Shown piece by piece: positions 56,892-64,000 of a stretch of 64,000 nucleotides of DNA (the first letter of the stretch is position 1; each line of letters begins with the position of its first letter). The position numbers were made by a program, and so were the translations under genes. The stretch is from Candidatus Omnitrophota bacterium (GTDB lineage Bacteria; Omnitrophota; Gorgyraeia; Zapsychrales; JANLHA01). The notes below the pieces were generated by a model. That model searched no databases and was not told where the DNA came from. It saw only the letters and a list, made by a program, of their open reading frames with translations. The DNA lies in the NCBI GenBank assembly GCA_038222225.1, contig JBBRHV010000006.1:1626-65625 (forward strand), in the 5' to 3' direction.

Positions 56892-56956
56892 CTGGCCGGG
56901 ATTTCTATAAAATGGTTTTGGTAAAAATAAAAAATTATATGAATTTTAGATTTTAT

Positions 56957-57009
56957 GTATAATAAGTGAACTTGCGGTTGTTTTATTAGGGATATTGAAG
57001 ACGAAGGAG
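56957..57009 (+). promoter_or_regulatory. Possible promoter -10 element and Shine-Dalgarno for the aldolase gene
   Basis: AT-rich 126-nt intergenic region. TATAAT at 56957-56962. AAGGAG at 57004-57009, 8 nt before ATG 57018. No convincing -35 found. Confidence 0.4.
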
Positions 57010-57017
57010 AGGAAAAA

Positions 57018-57968
57018 ATGTATAGACCGGAAATTCGGGTGTTTGACTGCACGATCCGCGATGGCGGGTTGATGAACAACCATTTATTTGATCACAGTTT
57101 TGTCAGAGATGTTTATAAAGGATTATCCGAGGCTGGGGTTGACTATATTGAGCTCGGATATAAAAATTCCAAAGATCTTTTTTCGCCGGAGGAATACGGC
57201 GCCTGGAAATTCTGTGAGGATGACGAAATCCGAAAAGTGACCGAAGGCATTGAATCCAATGCCAAGATCTCGGTGATGGTGGATATCGGCCGGGTGAATA
57301 TGGAAGATATAAAACCGGCTTCTGAGAGTCCCGTGCACATGGTCCGCGTGGCCAGTTATGTGAAGGATATTGATAAGGGGATCTCGATGGCCAATGAATT
57401 CCATGATAAGGGTTATGAAACCACCATTAATATCATGGCTATTTCCAAAGATCAGGGGCCGGACCTCGAAGCCGCTCTTTATCAGATCGAAAAGGAAAGC
57501 AAGGCGGATGTGGTGTATATTGTGGATAGTTTTGGGTATTTTTATCAGGAAAATATTGAGCATTTGACCAAGTTGTATAAGAGGATTTTAAAGACACGCG
57601 AGATTGGTTTTCATGGTCATAATAATCAGCAGTTGGCCTTCGGCAACACGATTGAAGCGATTATCCATGGGGCGAATTTTCTGGATGCAACAATTTTCGG
57701 GATCGGCCGGGCTGCCGGGAATTGTCCGATCGAGCTTTTGCTCGGGTTCTTAAAGAATCCGAAATTTGATATCCGTCCGGTTCTTGATCTGATCTCCCGG
57801 GATTTTGTCCCGTTGCGTGAAAAGATCGAATGGGGATATGTCATTCCTTACGCGATCGCCGGTATGCTCAATGAGCATCCTCGCGCTGCTTTGGCTTTGC
57901 GAAAGACGGAGAAGAAAGAGAATTACCGTGATTTTTATGAGAGTTTGACTAATACGGGGTTGGATTAA
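57018..57968 (+). CDS. HMGL-like (DRE-TIM) aldolase / pyruvate carboxyltransferase-domain protein
   Basis: 'VFDCTIRDGG' N-terminal motif and 'FHGHNNQQLAFGNTIEAI' (HxH metal site) typical of the HMGL/4-hydroxy-2-oxovalerate aldolase/isopropylmalate-synthase superfamily. Strong SD. 316 aa. Confidence 0.8.
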   Translation: MYRPEIRVFDCTIRDGGLMNNHLFDHSFVRDVYKGLSEAGVDYIELGYKNSKDLFSPEEYGAWKFCEDDEIRKVTEGIESNAKISVMVDIGRVNMEDIKPASESPVHMVRVASYVKDIDKGISMANEFHDKGYETTINIMAISKDQGPDLEAALYQIEKESKADVVYIVDSFGYFYQENIEHLTKLYKRILKTREIGFHGHNNQQLAFGNTIEAIIHGANFLDATIFGIGRAAGNCPIELLLGFLKNPKFDIRPVLDLISRDFVPLREKIEWGYVIPYAIAGMLNEHPRAALALRKTEKKENYRDFYESLTNTGLD

Positions 57969-57999
57969 AAGACAGCGTAAAGGGAAGCGGCAGGTGATA

Positions 58000-58130
58000 G
58001 AAATACAATTGAAATATAATGGAAATACATAGAAATAAGAAATTCGGAAAAAGAGAAAGCTTAATCAGAGCAAGTAATCGTTAGGGTTTTTTATTTCAAT
58101 GTATGTCTATATTTTTCCATGTATTTCAAT
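58000..58130. repeat. Phased GAAATA direct repeats and inverted ATTGAAATA copies in the aldolase-eda intergenic region
   Basis: GAAATA at 58000, 58011, 58022, 58032 (10-11 nt spacing), GAAATT at 58039. ATTGAAATA at 58008-58016, with its reverse complement TATTTCAAT at 58092-58100 and 58122-58130. Confidence 0.5.
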
Positions 58131-58147
58131 CTGTTTTTAATTTGAGT

Positions 58148-58777
58148 ATGAATATTTCCCAATTTAAAAAACTTCCTATTCTGGGCATCTTGCGCGGGAT
58201 CGAAAAGAAACAGGTTTATCCTCTGACCCGGGCCGTGATGGCCTCTGGTCTTAAGAGTATTGAGATCACCATGAATACGGCAGGCGCTGAAGACATGATC
58301 CGTGAGATGATCGCGGTTTCTGACGGTGAGCTGACCGTTGGGGCCGGAACAGTTTTAAATGCCGATGATATGGAGCGAGCGCTGAAGGCCGGAGCAGAAT
58401 TTATTGTGTCGCCTGTCTTTATTGAAGAGGTGGTCGCCTCCTGCAACGAACTTGATATTCCGGTTTTTCCCGGCGCGTTGACGCCTCAAGAAGTTTTTCA
58501 TGCGTGGAATGCCGGAGCCACCATGGTCAAGGTTTTTCCTACCAAACAATTAGGCCCCGGTTATATCAAAGAGCTGAAAGGGCCGCTTGATCAAATTGAA
58601 CTCATGCCCTGCGGCGGTGTGAGCAAGGACACAATCGCTGAATTTTTTAAGTGCGGAGCCTCAGCGGTTGGGTTTGGCGGAAGTATTTTCCGCAAAGAAT
58701 GGCTTCTGGCAGGTCAATATCAGCACATCACTGACGCTATTCGGGAGCTGATTTCAGCCTCTCAACAAGTGGCGTAA
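58148..58777 (+). CDS. eda: 2-dehydro-3-deoxyphosphogluconate (KDPG) / 4-hydroxy-2-oxoglutarate aldolase
   Basis: 'LPILGILRG', 'SIEITMNT', 'GAGTVLN', 'FIVSP', 'PGALTPQE', 'VKVFPT', 'MPCGGVS' match the KDPG aldolase family. I prefer ATG 58148 (209 aa) over the track start at 58103. Confidence 0.8.
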   Translation: MNISQFKKLPILGILRGIEKKQVYPLTRAVMASGLKSIEITMNTAGAEDMIREMIAVSDGELTVGAGTVLNADDMERALKAGAEFIVSPVFIEEVVASCNELDIPVFPGALTPQEVFHAWNAGATMVKVFPTKQLGPGYIKELKGPLDQIELMPCGGVSKDTIAEFFKCGASAVGFGGSIFRKEWLLAGQYQHITDAIRELISASQQVA

Positions 58778-58820
58778 TGTCTTGTGATGATAAGAGGCAT
58801 AGATATTGCAGGGTGATAAT

Positions 58821-60353
58821 ATGAAAACTAAAAATGTTCAGGGAAGCGCGAAAAGTTTTTTTTCGGCAAGACGGATATTTTTAGTTGCAATCGTGGGCTA
58901 TGGGATCGGCATTCGTTTGGGTGAGTATTTAGCGAATCGCTCACTCTGGTTTGATGAGGCCATGTTGGCTTTAAATATCATCCACAAATCCTCCTGGGAA
59001 CTTATTACTCAGCCGTTAGATTACAATCAAACCGCTCCGATCGGATTCTTGGCGCTCACCAAACAATTGGTTTTGATGTTTGGAAACGGTGAACTTGTTT
59101 TAAGAGCTGTTCCTTTCTTGTCCGGTATTATTTCAGTCCCTCTTTTTTATAATGTCATTAAAAAATTCAGCGCAAGAAAAACGGCTTTGATCGCCTTAGT
59201 TCTGTTTTCCTTTTCCTCTTCCTTGTTGTTCCATAACACAGAATTCAAACAATATTCTAGTGATGTTTTCTTCGCTCTCATTATTTCATTGCTAGGAGTG
59301 GTTTTTTTAACGAAAAAGTTGACCTTTCAAAGGGGCATTCTTTTGGGAATGGGCGGGGCGGCTATGATATGGTTTTCACACCCGGCCGTTTTTATGCTCG
59401 GCGGAATTGGGCTGACGCTGTTGGTTTTTTATTTTTCAAACAAGAGGTGGAGAGAGTGTGCGCTTTTGTGTGCCAGTTTTATTCTTTGGGGGTTGAGCCT
59501 TATCGTTTTGTATGGTCTTTCTTTAAAAGCAATGGGGAATAATGTGTTTCTTGAGAATGCTTGGCAGCGTAATTTTATGCCTTTTCCTCCGCAATCTATC
59601 CGTGACCTGGGATGGTTTGTTGACTCATTTATTCAATTGTTTTCCGATCCAGGCGCGATCCGGCAGACTTTTTTTGGGGCAGCAGCTTTTGTTTTGGGAA
59701 GTTATTCCATGTTTAAAAGAGACAAATATCTCTTTTGGATGGCGTTGATGCCGATCATTCTGGCTTTGGGGGTTTCCGGCATTGGTTACTATCCGTTTAC
59801 GGGAAGGCTGCTTTTATTTTATGTTCCTTTCTTGTATCTTTTTATTGCAGAAGGTTTGGTGTTTTTAATGGATAAGCGTTCATATGTTCTCCGGGGAGCA
59901 GGCGTTGTTATGTTGGCGATTATCGTATGGTCGCCGAGCATCACGGCCTACAGACAGGTAACTCAGCGGATGTTTTATTCGGAAGAGCTTAAGCCGGTCT
60001 TGGATTATTTAAGAGAACACAGGGAAAAAGAGGATTTTATTTATATATACTATGGAGCCGAATACGCCTTCCGTTATTACGCGGGGCAGTATGGGTTTGA
60101 TGAGGACAATTTCATAAAGGGAAGTAAGTCGCGGAAGGATTGGAAGAAATACTGTGACGATCTTGATCAGTTCGAAAGGGGCGGGCGAGTTTGGTTCATT
60201 TTTTCGCATGTTTATTTTCGGGAGCAAAGGTCGGAAGAGAAGTATATGGTTGATTATTTAGAATCTATTGGGGACAGGCTGGATACTATTCAGGCCACTA
60301 GCGCCTCCGCGTATCTTTATGAATTTGCTGCTATCAAGACGGAGGGGATGTGA
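58821..60353 (+). CDS. Multi-pass membrane protein, GT-C (ArnT/PMT-like) glycosyltransferase candidate
   Basis: More than 10 hydrophobic helices over ~400 aa followed by a soluble C-terminal domain. 'SLWFDEAMLA' acidic motif in the first loop, as in GT-C enzymes. ATG 58821 preferred over TTG 58806. Confidence 0.5.
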   Translation: MKTKNVQGSAKSFFSARRIFLVAIVGYGIGIRLGEYLANRSLWFDEAMLALNIIHKSSWELITQPLDYNQTAPIGFLALTKQLVLMFGNGELVLRAVPFLSGIISVPLFYNVIKKFSARKTALIALVLFSFSSSLLFHNTEFKQYSSDVFFALIISLLGVVFLTKKLTFQRGILLGMGGAAMIWFSHPAVFMLGGIGLTLLVFYFSNKRWRECALLCASFILWGLSLIVLYGLSLKAMGNNVFLENAWQRNFMPFPPQSIRDLGWFVDSFIQLFSDPGAIRQTFFGAAAFVLGSYSMFKRDKYLFWMALMPIILALGVSGIGYYPFTGRLLLFYVPFLYLFIAEGLVFLMDKRSYVLRGAGVVMLAIIVWSPSITAYRQVTQRMFYSEELKPVLDYLREHREKEDFIYIYYGAEYAFRYYAGQYGFDEDNFIKGSKSRKDWKKYCDDLDQFERGGRVWFIFSHVYFREQRSEEKYMVDYLESIGDRLDTIQATSASAYLYEFAAIKTEGM

Positions 60354-60377
60354 GAAAAATAAGCATTAGCTGGGTTT

Positions 60378-60396
60378 CCCGCTTGAGGAAAGCGGG
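60378..60396. terminator. Hairpin between convergent genes (possible bidirectional terminator)
   Basis: CCCGCTT (60378-60384) / loop GAGGA / AAGCGGG (60390-60396), a perfect 7-bp stem. It lies 25 nt after the + gene stop and 14 nt after the hydE-like stop. U-tract weak. Confidence 0.4.
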
Positions 60397-60409
60397 GAGG
60401 CCGGCGGTT

Positions 60410-61468
60410 TTAAGGAAGGATCTGCGGGACCGGAAAGTCTTTGTGAAAATGAGGGGAATCTCCCCACTGGTCGTATCCGATCCGTTCTCCGATCGAATCA
60501 ATGCGGTTTTCCAAACATCCCCGGCAGAGCACGGCATTTTCATCCAGGCAGGGCTTATTGTCATAGAGGCGGTAGCTTTTGCGGTATTTGGTCGGCGTCA
60601 TATTCGGCATGATGATATTGGCGCCGGCCTTAAGCCCCAGTTCACGGCCTTCGGGCGACAGGGATTGAAGGGCTGTGGTGGAGGCGATGTTGACATCTTT
60701 CAACAGGATTCGTGTTAAGGCGATCATTTTTAATCCTAATTCCAAATTGTGCGGTCCGTCAAAATTTTTGGCTTCAGACGCCAGCGGCGTATCTTCATGC
60801 ACAATGTAGGGTCCCATTCCGATCATATCCATATTCTGGTTTTTAAAAAACAAAATATCTTCCGCCAGGTCTTCAATGGTTTGAAAGGGCAGCCCGATCA
60901 TGACGCCAGTCCCAACCTGATAGCCGTTTTGGCGTAAAACCTTAAGACATTCAAGACGTTGCGCGAAGTCGTGGCCTTCAGGGTGGATTTTTTGATAAAG
61001 TTTTTCGTTGGAGGTCTCGATGCGCAAGAGATACCGGTGCGCTCCGGCGGTAAACCAACGGCGCAGGGTGTCTGGGGAGTGCTCTCCCAAAGACAAGGTG
61101 ATGCCCAGGCGTCCTTCGCTCACGCGTTTGATGCCGTGTATAACCCGTTCGATAAAGTTTGTAAAAGCATCATCCTGACGTTCGCCGGACTGAAGGACGA
61201 TGGATCCGTATTTCATCTGGTCCGCTAAATAGGCGGTTTGAACAATTTCATCTTCGGTCATCTGATAGCGTTCAACGCGCTTGTTGCCTTTGCGGATGCC
61301 GCAGTAGAGACAGTCTTTTTGGCAGAGGTTGCTAAGCTCAATGATGCCGCGAAAATACACGATCGGGCCGACGTGCTCACACTTGATCCGGTAGGCCTCT
61401 GCATAGAGTTCTTCCAAGCGGGAAGGGTCGGTTGTTTCAAGCCATTGGATCAGTTCAGTTTTGTTCAT
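60410..61468 (-). CDS. hydE: Radical SAM enzyme, [FeFe]-hydrogenase maturase HydE-like (BioB-related)
   Basis: 'VYFRGIIELSNLCQKDCLYCGIRKGN' (CxxxCxxC) and 'GSIVLQSGE'. Length of 352 aa and layout are typical of HydE; a BioB/PylB-like alternative is not excluded. Confidence 0.65.
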   Translation of the reverse strand: MNKTELIQWLETTDPSRLEELYAEAYRIKCEHVGPIVYFRGIIELSNLCQKDCLYCGIRKGNKRVERYQMTEDEIVQTAYLADQMKYGSIVLQSGERQDDAFTNFIERVIHGIKRVSEGRLGITLSLGEHSPDTLRRWFTAGAHRYLLRIETSNEKLYQKIHPEGHDFAQRLECLKVLRQNGYQVGTGVMIGLPFQTIEDLAEDILFFKNQNMDMIGMGPYIVHEDTPLASEAKNFDGPHNLELGLKMIALTRILLKDVNIASTTALQSLSPEGRELGLKAGANIIMPNMTPTKYRKSYRLYDNKPCLDENAVLCRGCLENRIDSIGERIGYDQWGDSPHFHKDFPVPQILP

Positions 61469-62559
61469 GGTTTGCCCCGGTCATTAGCTGTGACGAATAA
61501 GATGATGCCGCCACCGAGCAGTGTTCCGTCTTCGTCAAACAGAACAACGGATTGTCCTGGGGTGACGGCTTTTTGCGGTTCATCAAAAATAATTTTGGCC
61601 ATTTTTTTGGGAAGCATCTCAGCCCGGCAGGGCAATAAGTTTTTTCCGTAGCGGATTTTCGCAAACAATTTTTCGGGAAGAGGATCAGTGAAAAGGTTGA
61701 TGCTTCCGGCCAAAAGGGTCGTGGATCTCAGATCGGCCTCATCGCCGATCATCACGTCATGCGTATCGGCGTTTAAAGACACAACATATTGAGGTTTGCC
61801 AAGTGCAACTCCCAGTCCGTCGCGTTGTCCGATTGTAAAATGGATAATGCCGTTATGCTGTCCCAAGACAGTGCCTTTTGTATCAATAATATTTCCGGGC
61901 TCGACTGTTGGAACCCATTTTTTTACAAAGTCCGCGTATCCCTCGTCAGAAACAAAACAGATGTCCTGGCTTTGCGGTTTATTGGCCACCGGAAGACCGG
62001 CCGCGTGAGCGATTTTCCGCACTTCATCTTTGGTGTAGTCGGCCAGCGGAAAAAGGATGGAGTCTAAACTCTCCGGCGCAATACAGTAGAGAAAATACGA
62101 TTGATCTTTATTGGTGTCTTTGGCCGGCGTTAGAAAAAGCTGACCGTTGATGTCAGTCATTCTGGCGTAATGGCCGGTGGCCAGATAATCATAGCCGTTG
62201 TCTTTGGCGTATTTGAGAAGTTTTCCGAATTTTAGAAATCGGTTGCATTCCACGCAGGGATTGGGGGTGCGTCCTTGAGTATATTGTGTGACAAAATCCT
62301 TGATCACATGTTCCTGCATATCTTTGGAGAAATCCAGGACATAAAAAGGGATCTTGAGATGCTCGCAGACGGTTCTGGCATCGGCGATCGCGTCGCGCCC
62401 GCAGCAGCGCGTTTTGGGATTCTCCGGCCCGCCGTCAGGAAGGCCCAGACACATGGTGACCCCTTCGACGATATAGCCTTGTTCTTTCAGCAGATAGGCC
62501 GCTGTTGAAGAATCCACTCCGCCGCTCATGGCGACTAAGACGCGTTTAGGTTCGGACAT
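61465..62559 (-). CDS. mnmA: tRNA 2-thiouridine(34) synthase MnmA
   Basis: 'VLVAMSGGVDSS' PP-loop, 'TPNPCVECN', 'LATGHYAR', 'KDQSYFL'. 4-nt overlap (61465-61468) with the downstream hydE-like gene. Confidence 0.9.
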   Translation of the reverse strand: MSEPKRVLVAMSGGVDSSTAAYLLKEQGYIVEGVTMCLGLPDGGPENPKTRCCGRDAIADARTVCEHLKIPFYVLDFSKDMQEHVIKDFVTQYTQGRTPNPCVECNRFLKFGKLLKYAKDNGYDYLATGHYARMTDINGQLFLTPAKDTNKDQSYFLYCIAPESLDSILFPLADYTKDEVRKIAHAAGLPVANKPQSQDICFVSDEGYADFVKKWVPTVEPGNIIDTKGTVLGQHNGIIHFTIGQRDGLGVALGKPQYVVSLNADTHDVMIGDEADLRSTTLLAGSINLFTDPLPEKLFAKIRYGKNLLPCRAEMLPKKMAKIIFDEPQKAVTPGQSVVLFDEDGTLLGGGIILFVTANDRGKP

Positions 62560-62687
62560 GATCTTGTTTTCCAGGTTATTGATCGTTAAGCCAGGGGTTC
62601 TACCCGTGGGCGTTCATTATACAGATTTTGGGGGGAAATATCAACCCGTAAACCACCTGGGGTTTTCGGCTTTGGTCCGTGGTGGAG

Positions 62688-63023
62688 TCAGCGAAGGGGT
62701 TTATACTTGGGACGAAAAAGCCGTATGAAACAGTTAAGGATAAAGACAGTTCCAAATCCCCAGAGCAGACTGTTGGCAAGAAAGACAGCCCATTCCAGGA
62801 CATCCGGCACATTTCCACTCATCCATGTTGTCCAGATGAATCGCCCGGGAAGCGAGAGAATGCCGGAAAACATACTAAATGGATCAAAGGAGGCGAGAGA
62901 CAGTTCTCCTTTATCAAAACGGATCATTGATGAGCTAAACGAAACCAAGATGCTGCAAAATGCGGCACCGGCATGAATAGCGGAAAAAAGCGCACCTAAG
63001 AAAATAAAGGTTGTTTCGTTCAA
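62688..63023 (-). CDS. Hypothetical small membrane protein (111 aa)
   Basis: Three hydrophobic stretches. TTG start. No homology recognised; the ORF fills the gap between mutL and mnmA. Confidence 0.3.
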   Translation of the reverse strand: MNETTFIFLGALFSAIHAGAAFCSILVSFSSSMIRFDKGELSLASFDPFSMFSGILSLPGRFIWTTWMSGNVPDVLEWAVFLANSLLWGFGTVFILNCFIRLFRPKYKPLR

Positions 63024-63060
63024 AAGGGACCTCTCTTAATACGAGCGATACTGTTTATGG

Positions 63061-64000
63061 TCAGGACCTTAAGAATTGTTTGTCAAGAAAATCGAGCGTC
63101 ATTTCCACCACTGTCGGCCGGCCGTGCGGACAGGTGAACGGATCCCGGCAGGTTAAAAGTTGTTCCCGCTGGAATTCTGCCTGTTGGGGCCTTAACACAT
63201 CGCCGGTCATAACGGAAGAGCGGCAGGCACGTCGGGCAATGGTTTCATGGTCACAGCGGGCGGGGTTGTCCCCGGCCAGCAGTTCGCGTACCGCGGATTC
63301 CGGATCTTTCACCAGAGTGGGATGAGTATGGATAGCGATCGTTTGGTCATCAAATTGCGATGTGGAAAATCCGATTTGTTCTAAGGTCTCTTGGGCTTCT
63401 TCCCAGACATTCAATTCCTGGGGGGAACTTTTCAAAAGATAAGGGGACAAAAGGTTTTGGATCTCAATACGGCTTTCCTGCATTTGCAGGATGAACTGTT
63501 CGAACATGATCCGTTCTTGGGCCGCATGCTGATCGATCAGAAGAAGGGCGGAGGAGGCTTCAAACAGAAGATACTTGTTCAACAAGGGGCCGATAAAGCG
63601 GCTGTTCTCCAATTTGGTTTTAAGCGATCCTGCGGTTTGTTCAAACAACTGGCTGCCCCAGCCTGAGGAGGCGAGCTGTTGAGGAAAGGTGTATTGTTCG
63701 GTTGCGTGTTGTTCCGCGGAAGTAAAGGGTTCGATATCGAAACTTTTGTCGAGGACATTTTGAAGGTCTTCCCGCCGGCGCACGGCCTGATCAATCAGGG
63801 CACGGATATTGGCGCCTGCCGGGTTTTGGGACTCATTCGGCACAGGGCTCATGGCCTGCTTGGGTCCGCTGGCTTGCAAGAGGCCTGATTCACAGATTTT
63901 CCGCAAAGCAGAGCAGACCGCCTGTTCGTCTTTGATCTTCACCTCTCGCTTGGTGGGGTGAATATTGACGTCGAGCGTGTTGGCCGGAAGCGTGAGAAAG
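63061..64000 (-). CDS. mutL: DNA mismatch repair protein MutL (C-terminal ~310 codons; N-terminus beyond right edge)
   Basis: 'LIDQHAAQERIMFE', 'ACRSSVMTGD', 'FTCPHGRPT' C-terminal dimerisation/endonuclease motifs. The frame continues open past the track start to nt 64000, reading '...LDVNIHPTKREVKIKD'. Confidence 0.9.
   Translation of the reverse strand, partial: FLTLPANTLDVNIHPTKREVKIKDEQAVCSALRKICESGLLQASGPKQAMSPVPNESQNPAGANIRALIDQAVRRREDLQNVLDKSFDIEPFTSAEQHATEQYTFPQQLASSGWGSQLFEQTAGSLKTKLENSRFIGPLLNKYLLFEASSALLLIDQHAAQERIMFEQFILQMQESRIEIQNLLSPYLLKSSPQELNVWEEAQETLEQIGFSTSQFDDQTIAIHTHPTLVKDPESAVRELLAGDNPARCDHETIARRACRSSVMTGDVLRPQQAEFQREQLLTCRDPFTCPHGRPTVVEMTLDFLDKQFLRS

Noticed and set aside
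723-56084. Periodic short conserved element interpreted as a CRISPR-like or other DNA repeat array
   Set aside because: Spacing is highly irregular (57 nt to 3 kb). The nucleotide sequence is not conserved; only the peptide is. Everything is in one coding frame.
1-56891. NRPS/PKS megasynthase, RTX/MARTX-type toxin or giant repeat adhesin
   Set aside because: I found no condensation (HHxxxDG), adenylation, KS/AT or carrier-protein Ser motifs, no Ca-binding nonapeptide repeats, and no arrays of Ig/cadherin-like repeats. Modules are heterogeneous enzymes and membrane proteins. MARTX remains only a conceptual analogy.
1-56891. Assembly chimera or artificial concatenation of many genes
   Set aside because: A chimera would not keep one frame across 55 boundaries, and it would not place the same peptide, encoded with different codons, at every boundary. 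Tandem-repeat copy number (41109-41468) could still be misassembled, and independent read support should be checked.
1-56891. Alternative genetic code (stop-codon reassignment) creating a false long ORF
   Set aside because: The frame contains no TAA, TAG or TGA at all, so its length does not depend on which code is used. Flanking genes terminate normally with TAA/TAG/TGA.
56892-57017. Full sigma70 promoter call upstream of the aldolase gene
   Set aside because: TATAAT (56957-56962) is present, but the only TTG-type hexamer (TTGGTA 56918-56923) is 33 nt away, which is too far. I report it only as a low-confidence regulatory region.
58103-58147. Upstream starts from the ORF track for eda (58103) and the membrane glycosyltransferase-like gene (TTG 58806)
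   Set aside because: The extensions add non-homologous residues (MSIFFHVFQSVFNLS; MQGDN) and overlap the repeat-rich intergenic region. Internal ATGs at 58148 and 58821 give family-typical N-termini.
60350-60718. Plus-strand ORFs 60350-60718, 60959-61228, 61238-61651 and others overlapping the hydE-like and mnmA genes
   Set aside because: They are antisense to genes with clear family motifs (radical SAM CxxxCxxC; MnmA PP-loop), and their translations show no recognisable features.
62560-62687. Possible small RNA or tRNA in the 128-nt gap upstream of mnmA
   Set aside because: I could not fold a cloverleaf or find conserved tRNA boxes. It is probably just the mnmA promoter/5' UTR region.

Overview
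About 89% of this 64 kb window is one uninterrupted + strand reading frame. It runs in frame 3 from nt 3 at the left edge to TAG at 56889-56891, which is at least 18,962 codons and roughly 2 MDa. The GTG at 78 offered by the ORF track is probably not the true start. The ORF does not look like a repeat protein, NRPS/PKS or adhesin. It reads as about 55 unrelated, mostly complete-looking proteins concatenated in frame: rhomboid and CPBP proteases, kinase-like domains, a metallophosphoesterase, 3 GHKL ATPases, 3 clear and 3 weaker GNAT-like modules, 2 radical-SAM-like modules, methyltransferases, a GT2, alanine dehydrogenase, a PLP fold-type-II enzyme, an HPr-like domain, a DMT-type transporter, multi-TM proteins, a 4xHTH protein, TPR and coiled-coil proteins, and many unknowns. 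The modules are separated by a short conserved junction peptide [T/V/A/I/S]-N-[S/A/G]-[A/S]-V-L. I count 55 copies, including variants, at gene-like spacing (19-1011 aa, median about 320 aa). The junction is conserved as a peptide rather than as DNA. Some modules carry their own export signals (Tat-type, lipobox) shortly after a junction, and membrane and cytosolic modules alternate. One duplicated segment exists both with and without the junction. My best reading is a bacterial polyprotein or multi-effector megaprotein whose junctions are processing or docking sites. I do not know of a described system like this, and cleavage itself is inference, not observation. Downstream (56.9-64 kb) is ordinary chromosome: an HMGL-like aldolase, KDPG aldolase, and a GT-C-like membrane glycosyltransferase. 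On the minus strand follow a HydE-like radical SAM enzyme, mnmA, a small membrane ORF, and the 3' part of mutL, which runs off the right edge. I saw no rRNA, tRNA, CRISPR array or recognisable mobile element.
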